A DNA stretch of 64,000 nt from Octopus sinensis (taxonomy: Eukaryota), in assembly GCF_006345805.1 (NCBI RefSeq), contig NC_043010.1, positions 2,852,001-2,916,000 on the forward strand. Direction: 5' to 3'. Position numbers and translations under genes: made by a program. Each line of letters begins with the position of its first letter. The first letter of the stretch is position 1. Below are positions 53,931 through 64,000 of the stretch, one piece after another. The notes beneath the pieces were generated by a model. That model ran no database searches. It was not told the origin of the DNA and worked only from the letters and a program-made list of their open reading frames with translations.

Positions 53931-53964
<34 letters not shown>

Positions 53965-54004
53965 TATATGCATTTGTGTGTGTATATATGCATATGTGTA
54001 TATA

Positions 54005-54035
<31 letters not shown>

Positions 54036-56524
54036 GCGTGTGTGTGTGTGTGTGTGTACATATGTATATATAAACTCATATAGAAATATACATATTTACA
54101 GATGCATGTAAGTATGTCTATAATCTTTATGAAGGATAGTTCCAGATTAATGTTGGGTGCATTCAGTGCTGTGGAAATATGTGTGTCTTCACATTATCTA
54201 TGTTCCAACACATTTCTTATGTAGTATTGGTTTCACATAGAGACAACATGCTCATGTGGATAAAACTCAAGACTCATTGTCATAGGAATTGAGAGAGTTC
54301 AAGTATGCTACTGGTGTCATTGTTGTGTGTTTGTAGCTTAAACTTTTTAACTCAATGTCCTTTTGTTTGTTTAACAGTCAACATTAGGGAGAAGCCATTC
54401 ACATTTTCATGGAGAAAGCAATGAAATAACCTCTACTTAGTTGCTTGATTTTGTAAGAAACAGTAAACAAAACTTCTTTGTATCACAATCCTTTATCTTT
54501 ACAAATGAAGAACACATTTAATAATGTAGTCCTCGGTACTTTCTGTCAGCAAAAAGAGAAAAAGAAAAAATGGTCCGATCTGAATGCATTTGACCGTAGG
54601 TCTTCTCTGTCAGGGATGAATGGGTTAAATCGCTGCAACAACCAGATCTTTGAACCCATGAGGGAGCTCTACATGGTTGCTCAACCAGTTAAATCTCTTT
54701 CAATTTATATCTTTTCATTTTAAATAAAGGAAGGACACATTAGATAATGATAATGTTATTCTAGACAAATCTCTAAATTGACAGAGGGTGGTCATAACTG
54801 GAAATTGTTTGAGCAAAAGTTTGCTACATCAGGGCTGGCCCGAGGTTAAAAAAGAACAGCCAAACACCAGAAAGAAAGAAAGAGAAAGAGAGAGAGAGGG
54901 GGGAGAGAGAGAGGCAAACAAACAGACAGACAGATTGATTGTTGGGTGGGTGAATAGGATGAATGGATGGATAGACAGATAAATAGATGAATGTGGAGCA
55001 AGATTAGTAAATTGGTAAGTTGGTTGAGGGGGTGCTGTATAGATAGATAAATAGATAGATAGATTTTATTCTAATTAAATGTTGACCTTAATGATTTAAA
55101 GGTTTCTCTGCCAATACTTTCAATTAAAGATTTTCTTTCAGATTTCTTAACAAACTATTTTACATACTGTGAAAACGTCTTTGTTTTTATTCCAAAATAA
55201 AGTAAAAACTTAAATCAAAAACTTTTATTCTATTTTTTTTTTAAATAAAAACAACCAAAATATACTTATTTTATGCTACACAAAAATCAAAAGTGAAAGC
55301 AAACATGTTAGCATGTCAAACAAAATGCTAAGCATCATTCCTTCCCTCTTTACACTCTGAGATCAAATTCTGCCATGGTCAACTTTGCCGTTTGTCCCTT
55401 CATGGTTGGCAAAATAAGTACCAGATGAGGACTTGGGAGCTGACTAGAAAGGAAGAAAGGATAAAAGTAGCATGACCCAGGAGTTGTTGCTCTTCAATTA
55501 CTCTTGCAAGCAACAGTAGCCTTCTTCAACTGAATGCATGTCATTGACTGATTAAAATTATCCAAATACAACAACTTTAACATGAAATAACTTCTAAAAT
55601 ACAAAATTTTGTTACAAACATCGAAAGTAAACCATGTTCCGTGTGAGAAATTATACCAGTATACGAAGTTTCAAACTATTTAGTTAAAAAGAAGATAATT
55701 TTAAAAAATGTGAGTGAAAAATGAACATATCCCTTAGTACCAAGTCATACTAAGTTGTGAGTGACGGCTATGCATTTTTTCATTTCTCTTTTATTCTTTT
55801 ATAAGATGGTTGAGTATAAATGATTTGAGAGAAATTAGCTTCTATTTCTAGCAGATTATGCAATCTTGTATAAACTCCCTTGTGTTATATGATGGTATGC
55901 CCTATGATTGAGCAGAGGTCGATATTTTGTGCTTGGCGCCTCCTTTGGAAAGGAAACAACCTTTTATTTGTATTACTTTATGTTAACATTAAAATTGCAA
56001 AAGAAAACAATAAGATTTTAATTATAAGAAAACTGAGTAGATCAATAAATAAATAAATAAAGGTGTAGGGGAGAACATTCCAGAAGTAAAGGAGACTGAG
56101 GAATTTGTTTAAATAATTTTGATGGAAGGATGGGTAACATGTAAGAAAGAATATGGATTCTAATTATTTTTTTAGGGATTTTTCTTTTTTTTATGTGTGT
56201 ATGCTTGCCGAAGAACATTAAAGAATGGGAATAAACGCAGAAGAGTTGGATCGTGATATTCCATGAAATTAACTAGAAGTTAACATTGTGATTGACGCTT
56301 TCTTCAAAAGAGAAAAAAAAAACAATATTTGTTTTGTTTTATGTTAGACATGAATTTTAAATTAAACAAACAAATAAATAATGAATATAAAATAAAATAA
56401 AATAAAGGGTATATTGCTAAAGTTAAAAGAATTATCCTAAGAAATAATCTGGAGTAAAGAAAGAGGAGTTTATCAGTTTTGATAATTTTAATATTGGGGT
56501 GGATAAGATGCAAGGGATAGATTT

Positions 56525-57430
56525 TAATATCTTTTATCTTTTACTTGCTTAAGTCACTGGACTGCAGCCATGGGCACTGGGGTTATACATGTATGATGTA
56601 GTCATACTGTTGGTGGTAGTGTAGGTGTTGGTAGCAGAGGTGATGTCTAAACAAGGTTACACACACAAGCACACACACATAGACATACACTGCCTTGAGG
56701 GATTTAGTTGAACATATTGATCTCACAACATAACTTATAGCCTTCAGCATTCAGATTACTCTGTCAAATGTAACAGTTATTTATTCACATTGTTTTGAAT
56801 TAATCATACATTATCTTGTAGCTAAGAGATTTCAATGATGTGATTGTTTATTTTTAGAATGACCTTGTAAGGTAGGTGGGAGAAGCTGAATCTGGGTGGT
56901 TTGAATATAAAACAAGTAGAATATTTTGGATGAATATGGCCAGTTTGCATGCTAAAGGGTTAAAGTCAGGTTCTTATTCTATTGGTCTTTTTATCAAACT
57001 GTTAAATCTTAGGAATATAAATAAACCAACAATCGTTGTCATGCAGTAGATAGGAGCTATACATAGATACAAATATATATATATACACAAACTCCACTAA
57101 AAAAAAGGTATACATACCTCAGGAAAGGAAAAATCTGTATAAATATTTAACTTGTGTAAGTACCTCTATAAATATAAATATCTCCTTCAATGTTTTAGCA
57201 AATTGCTATAACACTGAATAAAATGCGATAATACTGAATTAAAATATTTATACAGATTTTTTCTTTTCCTGAAGTGTATATATATATTTTTGGCAGGCTG
57301 TGGTTTCCACATATACAATTTACTCATAAGGCATTGGTAGGCTCAGAGCTATAGTAGAAGACACTGACCAAAGTGTTACACTGTAGGTCTGAATGCCAAA
57401 CCACATGGCTGCTAAGTGAGCTTTCAGTTA
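56525..57430 (-). mobile_element. Degraded SINE family B interrupted by a piggyBac-type MITE (56740-56959)
   Basis: SINE tail upstream, MITE ending atgctaaagggTTAA, SINE body and head resume downstream. Confidence 0.65.
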
Positions 57431-58621
57431 GTTGAGATTGTTTAGTTCATCTTTGTTAATGTTTCACCATCTTAATATATATTGTTCTACTTTTCTCCTT
57501 TATAACAACCAATCTGAGATAGTCAACAGTTCTTCGGTTCTTCAATGCAAAATCACCTGTTTTATTGTACCTTCTATCACAATATTTTCCAGAACATTTA
57601 ATTAAATCATATTTCAGACTTCAATTTATTGTACTAATTAATGAAAAATAAAGTTACATATCCATCTATGCATCATACTTAATGTATACACACTGTTTAT
57701 AGATCAGTCACTGCAGTACTTATTCTGAGAAGAGATGTTGTCACAGAATGAATACTGCAGTATTCATTGTGATACTCAGAGTTCTATTTTAACCAAAACT
57801 CCTTTAATTCTGAATTCCAGAAAAACTTAGATATTTTACAAAAGCTTTCCAAATTCTAAATCTTTCTCAAAACTAACTGAAATGTTTGCAGCACATTTCG
57901 TTTTTAAATATGTCAAAGGTATGTGGCTTAGTGGTTAGGAATCTCATGATGTTAATTATATCAAAAAAGAAATTTTTAATAAAAGACTACTGGGACCAAA
58001 TGTGCCAAAAACAGTGGTAATTCCTAAAGGCAAATTCAAAACCTAAACATTTTGTTTTTGTGTAAAAATGTCAACACTAATCATCCCCTACAAAGATGTA
58101 AGACTCTATAAACCATTATAGTCCAATTCACTTCAATCTGTAACTTGTGACAATTTGAAACTATTATCATGAAAATGTTCCATAGCAATATAACAAGTGA
58201 AAATAACCAGGAGAAAATTGATTGAGAAGGATTTAAATAAGAGGAAGGGCTAATTATAAGGGAATCAGATATTAGTGCATGATTAATGTATTGGACATGT
58301 GGTAATGTGAATGATGAATGTAGTAATGTGGTGTGGTACTATAGAAGTGCGGTACTATAGAAATATGGCATTATAGAAATGTGGTACTATAGAAATCTTA
58401 TACTATAGAAAGGCGCAGAGCTGCAATGTTGTGGGGATGTTGTGATGCTTGTGATGTGGTGGTGCAAAATGCTTTTATTTCTAATCAACTTTCTCACAAT
58501 ATTCAATCAAGAAAGTAGAGCTGCTCAGGTACAAAATTCCAGCCTGCATTTTTAGGTTTATTCAATTATTGAAGGATGATGGTGTGTGTGTGTGTGTGGA
58601 CGGAAAGACAGTTGTTGAGGT

Positions 58622-58684
<63 letters not shown>

Positions 58685-59211
58685 TTAACACTGATGATGA
58701 TGATTCAACGACAACAATAATGAAGACAAAAGCAACATCAACAGCAATGATGATGATTTTTTCATTAATGCAATGACTTTTTTCTTTAATGACGATGATG
58801 ATGATGGCAATGAAGGTGGTGGTGGTGGTGGTGGTGGTTATGGTTGTGGCGATGATGATGACGAAGTAGATGACGATGAGAAGAAAAACTAGGAGTATTT
58901 GTTGTTTAATATAGGATTTATGAACAAAACAACTTAAAACAGTGAACAAAAATGTATATATGTGTGTATGTGTAAATGTGTGTGTGTGTGTGTGTGTGGT
59001 GGGGGTTGCCAGGGAGTGTGGCAATTGTGAGTTAATCAAGTTAATGTGTTTATAAATAAGTTTTAATTAGACAAAACCATTGTGCTTCAGTATAATGGTT
59101 TGGTTGGTAAACGCAAGGAAAGTCTTGGTCAGCACAGAGATTGTGCCATATAGAGAAAAACATAATGGTATATTGTTTTTCTCAGCATTTTTGCGTTTAA
59201 TTTTCTATTTT

Positions 59212-59850
59212 TTATCTTATATTTCTTTCAGTTCTAAGACTGTGGCCATGCTGGAGCACAACCTCAAAGAATTCTTTAACGAAATGAATCAACTGCAGTA
59301 CTAATTACTTTGTCTTTTAAGCTTGATATTTATTCTGTTGGCCTGTTTTACCAAACCACTATGTTAAGGGTACATCAAAATACCAACACCAGTTGTCAAA
59401 CAGTGATAGGAGGGGACAAACACAGACACAAAGACATATATATATTTGACAGGATTCTTTTAGTTAAGGCGGAGAGCTGGCAGAATCGTTAGCATGCTGG
59501 GCGAAATGCTTCACGGTATTTCATCTGCTGCTACGTTCTGAGTTCAAATTCCGCTGATGTTGACTTTGCCTTTCATCCTTTTCAGGTCAATTAAATAAGT
59601 ACCAGTTATGCACTGGGGTCAATGTAATCGACTTAATCCCTTTGTCTGTCCTTGTTTGTCCCTTCTATGTTTAGCCCTTTGTGGGCAATAAAGAAATAAA
59701 GATACTTTCAGTTTTTAACCTACCAAATTCACTCAGAAGGCTTTGGTTGGCCTGAAGACATTGTAAAAAACACCTGTCCAGGGTGCCATGCAGTGGAACT
59801 GAACCCGGAACCATGTGGTTGGGAAGCAAACTTCTTACCATACAGCCACA
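59212..59850 (-). mobile_element. SINE family B (-) with nested family A (+) at 59466-59703
   Basis: Nested copy flanked by cttttagtt (59457-59465) and ctttcagtt (59705-59713). Confidence 0.88.
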
Positions 59851-60126
59851 TTTATCTTATTTTTCTTAAAATCTTTTCTAAAAATATATCAAATTGGTTT
59901 TCTTAATTTAGTATATATTTCCATTGGTTCCACAAAGCATTCACTATATTTCCCTACTTCCTCTATTCCTCCTTGATCAGGGGCCCTGTTGTTGGTTGTT
60001 TGACATGCACCAATAGCAGTCAAATCTTCCTTTAATCATATGGAGCTTAATGTTACCGTTTTTACCTTGAAGAACTTTCATTATGTGTGTGTGTCAGTGG
60101 GCATGCATGGGCATATATGAGTGAAC

Positions 60127-60163
<37 letters not shown>

Positions 60164-61095
60164 CGCGTGCGTGTGTATGCATGAGTGTATATAAGACACG
60201 TTGAATTATGTAATCCTAACATATGATAGAAAGATGGGATGGTCACGGATGGAATGCTTCTTGTCATATGTATACAGCAACTAAACAACAACTACTACTA
60301 AATAACTATAGGGCAGCATGGGATCCTTTATGTAGTAAATGAACTGCTAAAAATAGCAGTCAAATTACCCTCTACTTTCTTAAAAATAAAAAGGGTGATA
60401 CAAATTCCGTACTGTAGTCCTGGATACACTATTTGTCTAGAATGGTGGGGTGGTGGTGATCGTAGCTGTAATGTCTTTCATCTTTGGTCTGCTCGCTAAG
60501 AGATGACCTTGGGCTAAACAACAACAATAACAACAGCAACTGCTAGATAGCCAAAATATCTATAATCTTCGATATAAAGGAAGTTGATAATTGATGAATT
60601 CCAAAAGGCTCGGGATGGTATCTATTACACCATCTCACATACGCAATATTTTTCTTTTGTCCCTGTGTATGCATGCATGTGAGTATGTGTTCATGCAAGA
60701 CTGCATGTGCTTGTGTGTGTGTGTATGTGTGTGTGTGCACGTGCATATGAGTGTTTGTATATTTTGTTTCTTGAGTTCATTTCGCTTTTTATTTTATTTT
60801 ATTTTTTTTTTGTATGTGTGTTTCTGCTTTGATTTTTACTATTTTTTCACACGAAAGTAGTTAATGATTTAATGGATTTTTTTCCCCCCAACACCATATA
60901 TGTTTGTGTGTGTGTGTGTCTGTGTGCATGTATGTAAATATATATGCATACATGTACACACACATATACATACGTACATACACATTTATAGTTGCATGTA
61001 TATATATGTGTGCAAGTATATATATATATGTATATGTATATATATATATGTATATATATATGTATATATATATATATGTGTGTGCGTGTGTATAT

Positions 61096-61135
<40 letters not shown>

Positions 61136-61314
61136 GTATGTATATATGTATGTATATATATGTATATATATAAATATATATATATATGCACACATATACA
61201 CTCATACATACACACGCATGTGCATGCATGCACCCACACATACACACACAAACACACATATATGTTCACTCACATATGCCCATGCATGCCCACTGACACA
61301 CACACACACACACA

Positions 61315-61660
61315 CATAATGAAAGTTCTTCAAGTTCCAAAGTAGGTAAAAATGGTAACAGTAACATAGAGAAAAATGGTAAAGCAAAGCAAAGCAACAA
61401 AGCAAGATTGCAAACATTGATTACCATGGTAACCCCCTCCAACCTTCCCTCTCCCTCCTCCTCCTCTCCACCCTTCACACACACCACACACATAATGAAA
61501 GTTCTTCAAGTTCCAAAGTAGGTAAAAATGGTAACAGTAACATAGAGAAAAATGGTAAAGCAAAGCAAAGCAACAAAGCAAGATTGCAAACATTGATTAC
61601 CATGGTAACCCCCTCCAACCTTCCCTCTCCCTCCTCCTCCTCTCCACCCTTCACACACAC
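61315..61660. repeat. Exact 176-bp tandem duplication bounded by (CA)n
   Basis: 61315-61484 is identical to 61491-61660. Confidence 0.95.
61420..61433. promoter_or_regulatory. RFX X-box-like palindrome (second copy 61596-61609)
   Basis: ATTACCATGGTAAC, 13/14 to GTTRCCATGGYAAC, with a perfect 12-bp inner palindrome. Function inferred from motif only. Confidence 0.4.
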
Positions 61661-62689
61661 ACACATATATATGTATGTCTATATATATATGTATATATAT
61701 TCGTTTCCTCGTTAGTTAGTCAGTCAGTCAGTCAATCATTGAATCAAAGCGAGCGAATGTGAGTGAGTGAGTATATAGCCTTGTAGCCTCCTTGTGCTAT
61801 TGATAGTAAACTTGACCTGCAGCCAGCAGTCTAAAAGATCTTCAATAGGATCTTATCCAAGATATAAGCAAACAGTGTAGCTAATCAATGCTGGAACTTC
61901 CAACAATTACACAAAGCTCTATTGCAGAATATCTAACAATAGTATTGCTGCTATGACAAAAAGTTGCCTTTTGAAATACGATTTGTAAAGGAAGAATGCG
62001 GTTATAATTTAATAAAGTTTGCCTCATTGTTCTTGGACTCACTGCCATTCATCAGATGGCACTTCAGACAAAAATGGAGAGAGGAAATTAATAGGGAAAG
62101 GTCAGGAAATTTAGTTGAAGTCTTTGTACTGTTAGGTGATGGAATGATAGATGATGGGTGCTGGTTTAATGGCGTTGGCGGTGGTGGTGGTGGTGGTGTA
62201 TGTTGAGATGATGGTGGTGATGATGGTGGTGTTAGTGTTGTTGGCAGTGGTCGAAGTAATTGTGTGAGTGTATGTGTGTGGTGGGGGTAGGGTAGGGGGT
62301 TGATTGAAATGGTGGTGGCGGTGGTAAAGGTGGTGGAGGTTGTGGTTGTAAAAAGTGGTCTTGGTGTTAGTGTTGATGGGGGTAAGGTGTGCATTTAAAC
62401 ATTATGGCATTGTTTGCTGGTGTTGTTTAGCCCCAGGACAGTGCTGACTAAAGAAACCTGTGAGCAACTGTTATCCAGCTATGACCATCTCTTCTTTATC
62501 TGAACATTTAATCCCAAGTGCCTTTCTTCTCTTAAATTAAGATGGTTGGGTATGTTTTGAAGGTAATTTGGCTGTCATGTTTAGCAGGTCAAAGGACTGG
62601 ACAGAGTCTCTCTCATTAGACCTCGAGTGTTTCATTGGTGGTAGTCTCAGTGATGAAGTTGGTGCAGGTGTTGGAATAGTGTTGTCATT

Positions 62690-62853
62690 GAAGGTGATAG
62701 TGGTAGTAGTGATGGTAGTGATGGTGGTAGTGATAATGATAGTGATGGTGTTAATGGTGGTGGTGGTGATGGTGATGCTGATGGGTTGATGGTGGTAGTG
62801 GTTGTAACAGGTTGATGTTGATGGTGATGGTGGAAGTGACGATGGTGATGATA

Positions 62854-62901
<48 letters not shown>

Positions 62902-62932
62902 GTGACGATGATGATGATAGAGGTGACGATGC

Positions 62933-62964
<32 letters not shown>

Positions 62965-63100
62965 GTGACGATGATGATGATGATGGAGGTGACGATGATG
63001 ATGATGATAGAGGTGACGATGCTGATGATGATGATACTGTTAATGGTGATGGTTTTGGTCATAGTAATGGTGATGATAACTGCAAATTTAAAAGTGATGA
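62690..63100. repeat. (GAT)/(GGT) compound trinucleotide repeat
   Basis: Direct reading; source of the poly-M and poly-I ORFs. Confidence 0.95.
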
Positions 63101-63380
63101 TGGGTGTTAATAGTGAGGATAGTAGTGTAGGTTATTGCTGAAGATTAACCCAAGTCATCCTAGAGTTGTGATCAAAAACATTCCAACAGTAAATATCAAA
63201 CCAGTTTTTGTTCAGCTTGCTTTGAAGCTATTCAATTTTGAGTTTAGTCCCATTGCATGGTGCTTTGGGCAAGTCTCTTATACTTTGGTACATATACATA
63301 TATATACTATTTACCTAAGCTGTAAAAAGTCTTCATAAACTGTTACTCAGATTTTCACATGACTATTCTTCAGACAGTTG

Positions 63381-63417
<37 letters not shown>

Positions 63418-64000
63418 TACTAAGCAATAAGGATATCCAGAAGTAATGCAGTATGATCGTTTCAAGCAACTCCATTTAATTGAACAATGCAATCATTACA
63501 TCAATTTAAATGCAGAGCAATCCTCAGTTGCACAAAAACATAGAATTTAATTAAATTAAAACAGATGGACACATTAGTATAATTTTACCTAATATCTCCA
63601 AGAAGGTAAGGAGAAAGACAAGGAGCATGCTGTCTTCACTTCAGCTTAGAAGCTACTAAGGTATGAGGAAGAAAGACTTGTTGCAGATTTTGCTTACCAC
63701 TATTTTATGGGGTCAGTTTTAATTTATAGACTAGTTTATCAAATCTTTGTATATCTAAGGCCAAAAGAACAAGGAGTAGTGCTTGCTAGGAAGGGGGCTG
63801 AGGGAGTCGACAGAAATCATAGTGGGTATAATCGTAAAAAACTATCAAGATTTATTGATGGTGATGGTTGTGGTGTTGGTCATGAGAGTGATGATGATGA
63901 TGGTGGTGGTGATAGTTTGAGATATATATTTTGACTACAGACAGCAGTGATAGTGTTTGTGGTGGTGGTTGATATTGTGGTTATTGCTTAGTTGTTGCAG

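Overview
Eukaryotic, very AT- and microsatellite-rich genomic DNA. It is most likely an octopus (coleoid cephalopod) locus, inferred from the protocadherin type and repeat content rather than proven. The window holds one minus-strand protocadherin gene. A large exon (acceptor at 50245, ATG 50201, donor at 47784) encodes a signal peptide, six cadherin repeats, a TM helix and the proximal tail. I found two further phase-compatible cytoplasmic exons by hand: 31287-31137 (alternative donor at 31251) and 19223-18943, the latter absent from the ORF track. The spliced product is about 949 aa and ends in a PWNLPMRNSFTSYAKPLPAVP motif. The rest is intron or intergenic DNA: several tRNA-derived SINE families (some with clear TSDs or nested), mariner- and piggyBac-type MITEs, a Tc1/mariner transposase relic, an R4/Dong-clade retrotransposon relic and many microsatellites. 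Nearly all other ORFs in the track are microsatellite artefacts. The most unusual observation is three unrelated repeat elements carrying minimal type I hammerhead-ribozyme folds. Two are head-to-head inverted repeats inside the protocadherin introns: a tRNA-head plus hammerhead palindrome at 20.6-20.9 kb and a 74-bp-arm hairpin at 39.7-39.8 kb. No databases or folding programs were run, so family names and ribozyme activity are inferences.
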